Shown here in pieces: positions 1-7,594 of a stretch of 40,815 nucleotides of DNA. The first letter of the stretch is position 1, and the number at the start of each line of letters is the position of its first letter. The stretch is from a virus. Location of the stretch: IMG/VR virus record IMGVR_UViG_3300023107_000001, positions 1 to 40,815 of that record; one strand, given 5' to 3'. The position numbers and the translations under genes were made by a program. Below the pieces are notes generated by a model. It did not search any database. It was not told where the DNA came from and worked only from the letters and a program-made list of their open reading frames with translations.

Positions 1-251
1 TTCATCCTCCGAGACGGACATTTTTTAACCTCTCCTTTCTCTTCCGCACAATCTTCCGCGTACTGCTTGAAATAAAAATCCCAAGCCTGCGTCAATACAT
101 GCACAAACTCTTCTTTATTTTTATGGTGATAAACAAAACTGTTGACTATCACTGAAACGATAGCTGTTGTGGCAACCGACGGATCAAAACCGTTGCAGAT
201 CTTAACCAACATCTTCTCACAATCAATTAATTCTTTAAGATTAGGGTCCAT
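1..251 (-). CDS. hypothetical protein, partial in this window. The ATG is at 251 and the C-terminus runs off position 1, continuing at 40815 down to a TAA at 40756 across the circular junction.
   Basis: Manual translation MDPNLKELIDCEKMLVKICNGFDPSVATTAIVS... stays open to the window edge. It starts 5 nt after the stop of the upstream minus-strand ORF (256). It is not in the ORF track because it is truncated. Confidence 0.4.
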   Translation of the reverse strand, partial: MDPNLKELIDCEKMLVKICNGFDPSVATTAIVSVIVNSFVYHHKNKEEFVHVLTQAWDFYFKQYAEDCAEEKGEVKKCPSRRM

Positions 252-255
252 CAAA

Positions 256-420
256 TCAATCTCTTTCGGGGGTTATTCTTAGTTTGTCCTGTAAAATAAG
301 ATATTCCCATATCGTTAAAGAGGGGTAATATTTCTTCACCGCCTGGTATTGAGCATTACAGCAGATAACTCCTGTGAATACCAAAAAGCATCCCGCACAA
401 ATATACAACCCGTTAAGCAT
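256..420 (-). CDS. small membrane protein (54 aa, one N-terminal TM), below the ORF-track cutoff
   Basis: Manual translation MLNGLYICAGCFLVFTGVICCNAQYQAVKKYY... It is tightly packed between the minus-strand ORFs that end at 413 and start at 251. Confidence 0.35.
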   Translation of the reverse strand: MLNGLYICAGCFLVFTGVICCNAQYQAVKKYYPSLTIWEYLILQDKLRITPERD

Positions 421-634
421 CTTTAGGTGGCTCCATATCTACGTCTTTATCTGGAGATACAGGGAATACAGTCTGGTTTACAACCGGAGATATAAAGGGA
501 GAGACAAGAAGGTTAAGCTTATTTTCATTATTCAGATTCACCCCTTGAACTTCAATAAACTCTATTCCTCTTATCGCTCCATTAAGATAATGCATTACTT
601 GCTCGTTACACATCAATAAATATTGCTTATTCAT
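413..634 (-). CDS. hypothetical protein
   Basis: ORF in the co-directional minus-strand gene string, with short overlaps to its neighbours. Confidence 0.45.
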   Translation of the reverse strand: MNKQYLLMCNEQVMHYLNGAIRGIEFIEVQGVNLNNENKLNLLVSPFISPVVNQTVFPVSPDKDVDMEPPKDA

Positions 635-818
635 CGCTTATTTCCTTGTTTATTTCTTCTGGATCTAACAACTTAAGAGAGTCTAATATATAAGCGATTC
701 CATTCCAGTCCTCTACAGCTTTAAGCGCTTTCTCTCTATCCATAGTAAAGAAAGAGTTGAAATCTGTATTTTTAGGACCTCCATAAAAATCTGATTGAGG
801 AATCAAGACTAAATACAT
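627..818 (-). CDS. hypothetical protein
   Basis: ORF whose start overlaps the stop of the upstream gene by 1 nt at 818. Confidence 0.5.
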   Translation of the reverse strand: MYLVLIPQSDFYGGPKNTDFNSFFTMDREKALKAVEDWNGIAYILDSLKLLDPEEINKEISDE

Positions 819-1327
819 TAGTCATCCTCATCTTCATGCTCACAATCGCTGAGACCACACATCTTAGTTTTAAGATTTGAAAGCTTATTACTAATCTTTT
901 TGCGCTCTTCCTGCACTTCAAGAAACTTCTTCATCGCAAAAGTTGCTTGCTCCAGCGCGTTCGCTTCCCTGTGCTTTAAGTGTTCTTCAGCCTCCATGTA
1001 AACTTTATGTAGATCTTCAAGCTCTTCTTTGACATCTACTGACTCATTACCTGTTGCCCTCCACAGTCTATCTAACTCTTTTTCCATATCATTCATAGGA
1101 TCCTTCCTTTTTTTAAAATTTACTAACCATTTCTCAAGACATTCCTTATCTCTAAGGTTATACCCTATAGACTTATCAATTCCAAGCAAAGATTTTACTA
1201 ATTCACTTCCACAATATACATCTTCAGGAAGACTAAGAGGAGGATACCTCATAAACTTCACGGTAGGACTTAACAGATCCCTATGATTAAAATGATCCGC
1301 CGGCAAAGTCCATCTAACTTCTTTCAT
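818..1327 (-). CDS. hypothetical coiled-coil protein with an acidic C-terminus (EHEDEDD)
   Basis: 169-aa ORF, first gene of a leftward string, diverging from 1424(+). Confidence 0.55.
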   Translation of the reverse strand: MKEVRWTLPADHFNHRDLLSPTVKFMRYPPLSLPEDVYCGSELVKSLLGIDKSIGYNLRDKECLEKWLVNFKKRKDPMNDMEKELDRLWRATGNESVDVKEELEDLHKVYMEAEEHLKHREANALEQATFAMKKFLEVQEERKKISNKLSNLKTKMCGLSDCEHEDEDD

Positions 1328-1423
1328 ATTCCCTCCAGAGTAAACACCCTGAAACTACCATAAAGTTTTTATAGATGGCAAATAAAAATTTGTGGATAAT
1401 AAAATTTAAAATAAGGATATCAC

Positions 1424-1897
1424 ATGAGCGTTTCAACTTTAAGTCTACTTACTCACACAGATATGTTCTTTGACTACGTCCCCTTCATCAGCACCGCGAC
1501 GAACTTGATAGATATCTTTCAAAAATGCGTGGTTATCCCCTTACTAGATAGAGAATTTGTCGAAGAAAACCACTACCTTTCCCACCTAAAGAGCAAGAGT
1601 TACCTAAGATGCGTTTTCTTACTCGTCCCGATCTTAGGTAACCTAATAATCATCGGTGTAGACTCGGTTTCTAACCGAAGAGACCTAGAAGAGTTAAATG
1701 ATAACCTGGAAGTCTTAGCCGAAGAGACTCTAAAAAACATAGAGCTCAGGGAAAAGCATGCAGAGCTTAAGAGCACCCTATCTAATCTAAAAGGAGAGAG
1801 AAGGGCGCTCCTCAAAGTTCTAAACCAGGGCGCCATCGAAAGAGATCGAGAAAATGTTATGGACCGTTTAATCTCTACCAGAGGAATCTGGGTCTAG
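1424..1897 (+). CDS. membrane-associated protein, paralog A (conserved FDYVP..ST.TN..D.FQKC...P....HY........RC..LL.P..GNL domain plus a coiled-coil tail)
   Basis: The N-terminal 80 aa or so align clearly with the protein at 38705-39154. A hydrophobic segment LLVPILGNLIIIGV is present. Confidence 0.6.
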   Translation: MSVSTLSLLTHTDMFFDYVPFISTATNLIDIFQKCVVIPLLDREFVEENHYLSHLKSKSYLRCVFLLVPILGNLIIIGVDSVSNRRDLEELNDNLEVLAEETLKNIELREKHAELKSTLSNLKGERRALLKVLNQGAIERDRENVMDRLISTRGIWV

Positions 1898-2125
1898 AGA
1901 GCTAAGGTATACATTATCATGCCCGCTCCCTGAGGAGCTAAACCCAATAGCCTGAGGAAGCGGCATCCACCAAACGATCTCCCCTAACTTAATTCCACAC
2001 ACGGGCTCAACAGTCTCCGGATGCAGAAGGTAACTCCTAGGGTAGATACATACGTCTACGCCATCCGTAACCAACACTCTCTTATGTTTCATGGGAAGTC
2101 TTTCTTTAACGCTAATCCACTGCAT
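1868..2125 (-). CDS. DUF551-like protein
   Basis: MQWISVKERLP...VWWMPLP matches the DUF551 pattern. The start is moved to the internal ATG at 2125, which follows an AGGAGAGGG RBS. The track ORF extends to 2218. Confidence 0.6.
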   Translation of the reverse strand: MQWISVKERLPMKHKRVLVTDGVDVCIYPRSYLLHPETVEPVCGIKLGEIVWWMPLPQAIGFSSSGSGHDNVYLSSLDPDSSGRD

Positions 2126-2357
2126 CACTATCCCTCTCCTCTGGTAGCGCAGGCATTGGCATCCAATGCGTTGCAGGCAGGGAAGGTCCGTATGGTTCCA
2201 TAACAAACCTTCCTTCATCTACTCTACAAGAATAGACAGAATCTGCAAACCAGCCACTAGCGGATAAGTTATACACCTCACCCTTTTTGTATTTAAAAAC
2301 AGCCAATACCTTTTCATAATCCTCAGGCATCTTATCTTTAACATCAATCCACTGCAT
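2112..2357 (-). CDS. DUF551-like protein
   Basis: MQWIDVKDKMPED...THWMPMPALPEE. It is a tandem paralog of 1868-2125. Confidence 0.65.
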   Translation of the reverse strand: MQWIDVKDKMPEDYEKVLAVFKYKKGEVYNLSASGWFADSVYSCRVDEGRFVMEPYGPSLPATHWMPMPALPEERDSDAVD

Positions 2358-2748
2358 TTTTTATCCCCACAATTCTTGTATCGTAATCATTACTCTTAAT
2401 ATAAAGGATAGATACTTCTTTAGCAAATCGGTAGACATTATTATCGTCAGAGTTTAATCGACCATACTTTCCACAATCCCAGACTGTAATTTTCATCTCG
2501 GGTGTACCTGTAGTATACATAGCCACAGACGTAGACCCACCAATAATAGGAGCCAATCTAGTTTTTTCTGTTGAAGGACTATACTCTATAGAAAGCAATC
2601 TACACTCCTGCTCTACAGAGGGCGTATTCTTAAAGTCGATTTCCTTAATAAGAAAGACCGCAAACATGAATAATAACAGAAAAATAAACAGACTCAACAT
2701 TACCTTAACCCAGACAGGAATGATACGCTCTGATTTGTAATAACTCAT
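2344..2748 (-). CDS. membrane-anchored protein (N-terminal TM)
   Basis: The start is moved to the ATG at 2748 behind a GGAGGGGT RBS. TM segment VKVMLSLFIFLLLFMFAVFLI. Confidence 0.55.
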   Translation of the reverse strand: MSYYKSERIIPVWVKVMLSLFIFLLLFMFAVFLIKEIDFKNTPSVEQECRLLSIEYSPSTEKTRLAPIIGGSTSVAMYTTGTPEMKITVWDCGKYGRLNSDDNNVYRFAKEVSILYIKSNDYDTRIVGIKNAVD

Positions 2749-2785
2749 ACCCCTCCATTTCCGTAGAATATACCCTGTATATTTT

Positions 2786-2968
2786 TTAAATAGGCTTAAG
2801 CTCGCCCTCTTTTGTGATCTGAATAGGACCTTTATCTGAATACCAAACACCGCCATATTCAGATTCTTTTGCCATTTCTATCATTTTTCTTAGACTGTAA
2901 TTTTTGATTGGATTTCCGTTGTCATCCAAAAAACACATTTCATCTAGTATCTCTTCATTCGTTTTCAT
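2786..2968 (-). CDS. hypothetical protein
   Basis: 60-aa ORF at the head of the leftward string, diverging from 3047(+). Confidence 0.45.
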   Translation of the reverse strand: MKTNEEILDEMCFLDDNGNPIKNYSLRKMIEMAKESEYGGVWYSDKGPIQITKEGELKPI

Positions 2969-3046
2969 AATTTAATCTCCACCTTCTCTATTTAAGTTTA
3001 TATCTACTTTCAGGTATAAATACCAGAAAACAACAGGAGAGTAAAG

Positions 3047-3235
3047 ATGGACGATGATGAAGAATACATTAAATTCACAACTTTATACGCACAAATCGTC
3101 TGTCTGATGAAGTTGTGTGGTAACCCAGCTCTAACATCAATGACACTAGTACATATCTTAAAAGATATGATCGCCGCTCAGGAAGATCCAAAAGTATGTC
3201 TAGAAGCGGTTATAACAGCTTTAAGAGAAGAATAA
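3047..3235 (+). CDS. hypothetical protein
   Basis: ORF with a GGAGAG RBS upstream. Confidence 0.45.
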   Translation: MDDDEEYIKFTTLYAQIVCLMKLCGNPALTSMTLVHILKDMIAAQEDPKVCLEAVITALREE

Positions 3236-3410
3236 AAAAACCCCAGTTCTCAGCGAAGAAAACCAGGGTAAAAAAAAATATAGCAAAATGACTATGGGGT
3301 TACCCTCTATCACACTCCTGGTGATAGAAGTAAACCATCTCCATTTGTACCCATACTTTACCACACACTAAATTAATACGCAACGAGGAGCGTAAAATGA
3401 AGGAGAAATC

Positions 3411-3611
3411 ATGAAGCGCATATTCTATTGGTTAAGAGCCAAATACAGAGCTTGGAGTTACAAACGAAAGTATGGGGTTGACATTCATGAAGCGATCTGT
3501 GAATACGGAAAAAAAGTTATCTTAACAGAAGAAGTCGTTTCGAAATGTCACTGTAAAAAAAAGATCGATTGCGTATGTACCGAGATTGTAATATTCCGTA
3601 GATTTCTATAG
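3411..3611 (+). CDS. hypothetical basic Cys-containing protein
   Basis: ORF with an AAGGAGA RBS upstream. Confidence 0.4.
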   Translation: MKRIFYWLRAKYRAWSYKRKYGVDIHEAICEYGKKVILTEEVVSKCHCKKKIDCVCTEIVIFRRFL

Positions 3612-3869
3612 CATACTCATGCAAGCACCACATAATTTTTTTATAAAATTTTTTGAAAAAAGGATTTAAATGTGAGAGAGGTGAGGGATAAATATAAACA
3701 TAGTACCGGTACTAATTAAGGATCGCTATCAACACATTTCTTTAGAATATATCAATGTCGATGGGACCCTAGTACTTATATCTTTAGTTGATGGCGTAAC
3801 CGACCGTTCGTAACTGACTACCTACTCGGTTACTAGTATAGTACTGTTGTAGCATATGTGTGAGGGTGG

Positions 3870-4298
3870 TTATGCAGGTTCAGCGGGGTTCTTACTCTTG
3901 TTGATGATGAAATCAAAGGCTGCTGTAGCTATATCCTTAGCAGCATTCTGTGCTTCTGATTGCTCATAACCTCTATGCTTTCCACGTGTCTTCAATAGAA
4001 AACATCTCATAGCTGGCTCCTTACTCTCAATAGCATCTTGCCAAACAGCATCTTCTAGCTCATCAAGTATCCGCTCGCGTGCATCTTCTAATTCAAGCTT
4101 AAGCATTTCATCCTTATCAATGAAACGTCTAACTGTACCTCTTGTAGTACCTATTGATTCAGCTATACGAGATAGGTTACCATTCAGCTTCTTGATGAGT
4201 GGTTGAATCACATCTCTTTTTAATGGTATGCCTGGTTTAGGGTCTCTTGCTTTATCGCCAAGTTGTGCAGGTTTAGACTTTGATTTAGCAATTGGCAT
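3870..4298 (-). CDS. HTH DNA-binding protein, resembling a terminase small subunit or a regulator
   Basis: The HTH (NLSRIAESIGTTRGTVRRFI), followed by DARERILDELEDAVWQDA...CFLLKTRG, resembles the HTH-type TerS family. It is a lone minus-strand gene flanked by two long non-coding regions. Confidence 0.5.
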   Translation of the reverse strand: MPIAKSKSKPAQLGDKARDPKPGIPLKRDVIQPLIKKLNGNLSRIAESIGTTRGTVRRFIDKDEMLKLELEDARERILDELEDAVWQDAIESKEPAMRCFLLKTRGKHRGYEQSEAQNAAKDIATAAFDFIINKSKNPAEPA

Positions 4299-4588
4299 AT
4301 ATACACCTATTTAAATGTAACCCGCCTCAACCCGGCGTGGTGGTGGCGGTCAAGCCTGATTATACCAAACCATAACAGATCGACCAATTACTTGTCAAAA
4401 CATTTCTTTAGTCGTTGATTATCAATGACTTACGTGTAGATATATGCTTTATGTTATTTAACTTGTTATTTTATCAGTGATGTAGTATATTAGTGAGTAT
4501 AAGCAGCTAACAAGTCTCCTTAACTCTCAAACGAGAGCAAGTTGTAGCGGTTGGTGCTTACAATAAATACAGATAACAAGAGGTAAAC

Positions 4589-4774
4589 ATGCAATATTTT
4601 ATACTATTTTCTGAGTCCACAGAATACAAAGTCAAATACAGCGTACTAAAAACAATCATAAATCTATACAATCAAGGGGTATCAAACTTAACCTTGGTTG
4701 CGGAACTAACAAAATGTGTAGTCGAGATAGACAAAATTAACAAGACAGCAACTTACACGTGTGTAGGGGTTTAA
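4589..4774 (+). CDS. hypothetical protein (first gene of the rightward early block)
   Basis: ORF with an AGAGGT RBS. Its stop codon lies inside the first CRISPR-repeat mimic. Confidence 0.4.
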   Translation: MQYFILFSESTEYKVKYSVLKTIINLYNQGVSNLTLVAELTKCVVEIDKINKTATYTCVGV

Positions 4775-4884
4775 ACTGCCGTGTAGGCAGCTTAGAAATA
4801 TGAGGCTTTGTTTTACTACCGAATAGGTAGCTTAGAAATATGATGTCTTACGCTTATTATACTGCCGAATAGGCAGCAAACATC
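4771..4884 (+). CRISPR. Three tandem type I-F CRISPR-repeat-like units (mini-array or solitary-repeat mimic), not a canonical array
   Basis: Unit 1 is TTAAACTGCCGTGTAGGCAGCTTAGAAA (4771-4798). Unit 2 is TTTTACTACCGAATAGGTAGCTTAGAAA (4811-4838). Unit 3 is TTATACTGCCGAATAGGCAGCAAACATC (4857-4884). The hairpins are 5 bp with a 5-nt loop. The pseudo-spacers are 12 and 18 nt. Confidence 0.7.
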
Positions 4885-4901
4885 TTATTAAGGGGGATAT
4901 C

Positions 4902-5186
4902 ATGCCAAAAACAAAGAAAGGTAAGCGCGTTGAATGTGAACTAGGGTTAGTCGGTGGAATGTACTACAACAATTACGGTGTAGAGTGTTGGAAGCTAGAA
5001 GATGGAAATGTTTTCATGCAAGCTTTTCGCATGGGGAGAATGATTCACAATCATTGTATAGACATTCCATTTGACTACTTTGTGGAGAGATTTAGGGATA
5101 ACAGTAAGGGTGACGCAGATTTGGTGATTGACGCGCTGCAATTTCTAGACCCTGAGTTTGAAGACGCTGAAGAATGTATTATTTAA
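4902..5186 (+). CDS. hypothetical protein
   Basis: ORF with an AGGGGGA RBS, immediately downstream of the repeat mimics. Confidence 0.55.
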   Translation: MPKTKKGKRVECELGLVGGMYYNNYGVECWKLEDGNVFMQAFRMGRMIHNHCIDIPFDYFVERFRDNSKGDADLVIDALQFLDPEFEDAEECII

Positions 5187-5216
5187 GTGACTGCTTTTAA
5201 CAATAAAGGGGAATAA

Positions 5217-5444
5217 ATGAATAATTTTGAAGAACAAGAAGCTATTTTGAATACTATCAGGGACAGCTTAAGTGAATTGATGGGATTATCAAATAATGCT
5301 ATTAAAAGCGCGGATGTAGACACGTTAGAAGGTAACTGTATTAAAGATTTTAACTTGAAAAGGTTGAGGCTATACACGCTTCTAAAGGAGGCTACTTACC
5401 CTGGTAATGAGGCGCACAAGTTTTTAATGTTTACCCCTCATTGA
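5217..5444 (+). CDS. hypothetical protein
   Basis: ORF with an AGGGGA RBS. Confidence 0.5.
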   Translation: MNNFEEQEAILNTIRDSLSELMGLSNNAIKSADVDTLEGNCIKDFNLKRLRLYTLLKEATYPGNEAHKFLMFTPH

Positions 5445-5509
5445 TTTTAAGTCTTTCCCGGGTGCATTAGCAATAGTGCACCTTGATAAACACTTAAACA
5501 GGAGTATAT

Positions 5510-5830
5510 ATGAGACAAGAAGTTACAACATCTAATTTAGCAGACTTTGGAAGCCGTGAAAGATGGATGCTAGTTGAACTCTTAACAGCGTGGGACAAAC
5601 AAGGCTTGCCTGACGACTTTTACGAAGAGGACACAGTAGCTATGATGAATAGAAATAGCGGTTTTGTATTCTTAACTAACAGTGAATATCAAACAGCTAT
5701 GATGAATGGTGACAAGTTAGAGATGTGGCATAATTGCTCAAATTGTGGGCATGAGGGCTTTCAAGAGGATTGTCAATTAAACGATAACGGTTGCAATGAA
5801 TGCAATCCAGAAGAAGGAGAAGAAGAATGA
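5510..5830 (+). CDS. hypothetical acidic protein with a C-terminal Cys knuckle (CSNCGH...CQLNDNGCNEC)
   Basis: ORF with an AGGAG RBS. Confidence 0.55.
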   Translation: MRQEVTTSNLADFGSRERWMLVELLTAWDKQGLPDDFYEEDTVAMMNRNSGFVFLTNSEYQTAMMNGDKLEMWHNCSNCGHEGFQEDCQLNDNGCNECNPEEGEEE

Positions 5831-6039
5831 TTGAAAGTGAAAAACGGGGCGCGACTTACGCCCCGCAAAACGAATGGTATCTACATAATAGCAAAGCCGT
5901 GCAGGGATTGCAAGAAGTTAGAGACATAGCTTTATACTTAGCTAAAAAATACCGCTGGGACCCTATGCTAGGGCGAGCGCATGAGGAATATTTAAACATC
6001 TTAAATAAAATATTGGTGGAGTGTACAGGTGAACGATGA
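5827..6039 (+). CDS. hypothetical protein
   Basis: The start is moved to the ATG at 5827, which overlaps the upstream stop as ATGA. The track ORF starts at 5800. Confidence 0.5.
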   Translation: MIESEKRGATYAPQNEWYLHNSKAVQGLQEVRDIALYLAKKYRWDPMLGRAHEEYLNILNKILVECTGER

Positions 6040-6268
6040 ACATAACGAGTTGCAAGAAGACTTGCTAGCTCTAATAGATAAACATAGCAGTATTTTACCC
6101 AAGCATAGGCTTGGGTATGAGCTCATAAAATTAAGCGTTAAAATGTTAATGGACCTGGCTCCTCGACATAAGATAGCTATAGACACAATAAGAATGGCTA
6201 CAGATGAGGGTTTAATGTGGCACGTAGAAGAAAGAAAAGATCAAAATAAAGGTAGGCATTATGAATGA
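6029..6268 (+). CDS. hypothetical protein
   Basis: GTG start behind a GGTGGAG RBS. Confidence 0.45.
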   Translation: MNDEHNELQEDLLALIDKHSSILPKHRLGYELIKLSVKMLMDLAPRHKIAIDTIRMATDEGLMWHVEERKDQNKGRHYE

Positions 6269-6449
6269 AAGTTGGATGCAAGTATTTGCGCTTTTCTTAG
6301 CTAACGCCGGATTAATCATCTGGTTTAGGGCTGAAAGTCGCTCGGACCATAGACAATGCATAGATTTAATTATTTCTATACAAAATGAAATGAAAGACTT
6401 TCACGGAAGGCTTTGCGCAATAGAAGAGCGCAAGAAGAATAACAAGTAA
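6261..6449 (+). CDS. small membrane protein (one TM)
   Basis: TM segment VFALFLANAGLIIWF. Confidence 0.5.
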   Translation: MNESWMQVFALFLANAGLIIWFRAESRSDHRQCIDLIISIQNEMKDFHGRLCAIEERKKNNK

Positions 6450-6457
6450 GGCGTTAT

Positions 6458-6787
6458 ATGATATTAAATCATAAACAATTAGAAAAGCTTAAAGCCAATT
6501 GGGGTGAAAAAGCCGACGGTATGGAATGTAAAGCAGAGGTGAGGGTTTACGACCCTCTCTCTAAAATAGAGTTTTACATCTACGCGCTTAATCCCGATAA
6601 CGACGATGATATAATGTTTCTAGGTGTGAGCGACAACTTAGAGCTAGGCCAGTGGAGCATGCAAAGCCTTAAGAGTTTTTACAACGCTCATGGTGAGCCT
6701 TTGACAGTAGATCAAGAATACAGACCAAGATACATAAACGAGATATTTAAAAAGCTTATGAGGAATAACTATGAATACAGAAATTAA
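6458..6787 (+). CDS. DUF2958-like protein
   Basis: The pattern KAEVRVYDPLSKIEFYIYALNPDNDD.MFLGVSD.LELGQWSMQSL matches DUF2958 as remembered (KfF.p.g.wtWy..E.d...fG.v.g.e.E.G). Confidence 0.6.
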   Translation: MILNHKQLEKLKANWGEKADGMECKAEVRVYDPLSKIEFYIYALNPDNDDDIMFLGVSDNLELGQWSMQSLKSFYNAHGEPLTVDQEYRPRYINEIFKKLMRNNYEYRN

Positions 6788-6947
6788 ATCAATTAGAGAG
6801 AAGTTAGGCTTAACGCAAGAGGCTTTCGCCTACAGACTAGGAGTATCAGTTCAGACAATAACAAAATGGGAAACAGGGAAGCATAAGCCATCTAACTTAG
6901 CAGTTCAAAAGATTAAACAATTTGGAGAACAGCATGAAAGAAATTAA
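6771..6947 (+). CDS. XRE/Cro-type HTH regulator (58 aa, below the ORF-track cutoff)
   Basis: Manual translation MNTEIKSIREKLGLTQEAFAYRLGVSVQTITKWETGKHKPSNLAVQKIKQFGEQHERN. It carries the canonical LTQ..A..lGVs..ti..WE.G motif. Confidence 0.6.
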   Translation: MNTEIKSIREKLGLTQEAFAYRLGVSVQTITKWETGKHKPSNLAVQKIKQFGEQHERN

Positions 6948-7260
6948 GTTTGTTAATGCAGAGGATTTAAATAGCTTAGAAGATTATGGAGCTGCCTTAT
7001 TAAGCTCTTTAATCTCTCTAAAAACATTAGAAGCATTCCACATAGCAGCATTTAACAAGGGTTTGCTAGATGAGGACGAAGCGGAGACAGGAAAAACTAT
7101 TTGTTGGGAAATACAGCGTTTAATAGCACTCTATAAAACTCAAATTGAAAACGTGTTGGATAGAACAGACTTAAGCGAGGAAGATGTGATTAATAGCTTA
7201 AAGTCTATCATGCCAAATATCAAAATGCCTCGCAAAAAGAAGAAAGATGGGAAAAGTTAG
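6934..7260 (+). CDS. hypothetical protein
   Basis: The start is moved to the ATG at 6934 behind a GGAGAA RBS. Confidence 0.5.
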   Translation: MKEIKFVNAEDLNSLEDYGAALLSSLISLKTLEAFHIAAFNKGLLDEDEAETGKTICWEIQRLIALYKTQIENVLDRTDLSEEDVINSLKSIMPNIKMPRKKKKDGKS

Positions 7261-7594
7261 GTGCTTTACACTGGAGGAGAGGAAGGAAATTGAAAAACTC
7301 CTCAAGCAAGGGGAAAGTTTACCGGAGATATCTAGAAAAATTGGACGTAGCAAGTCCGGATTGGTATACGAAACCAGAAGATGCGGTAATAAAGATGATT
7401 ACACAGCTGAAGAAGCACATCGAGTAGCGCGAAGTACATTAGTAGAAAAATACAGTATACTTTCAGAGCGAAATGCAGGCCAGTACCACGGGATTAAATA
7501 TAGACAAAGAATAGAAAATTTAGAGATGCAAATTGAAATATTACACGATTGTATAAAGGAGATTTTAAGTGATAGAGAAAACAAAAGAATATGA
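7247..7594 (+). CDS. HTH protein resembling the IS30 transposase N-terminal domain
   Basis: FTLEERKEIEKLLKQGESLPEISRKIGRSKSGLVYETRR...YTAEEAH. It is a paralog of 37163-37411. Confidence 0.55.
   Translation: MGKVRCFTLEERKEIEKLLKQGESLPEISRKIGRSKSGLVYETRRCGNKDDYTAEEAHRVARSTLVEKYSILSERNAGQYHGIKYRQRIENLEMQIEILHDCIKEILSDRENKRI

Noticed and set aside
4771-4884. Reading the three repeat units as a bona fide CRISPR array
   Set aside because: There are only three units. The spacing is 40 and 46 nt rather than about 60, so the spacers would be 12 and 18 nt. The third unit lacks the 3' handle, and the window has no cas genes or leader. I treat it as a repeat mimic or mini-array.
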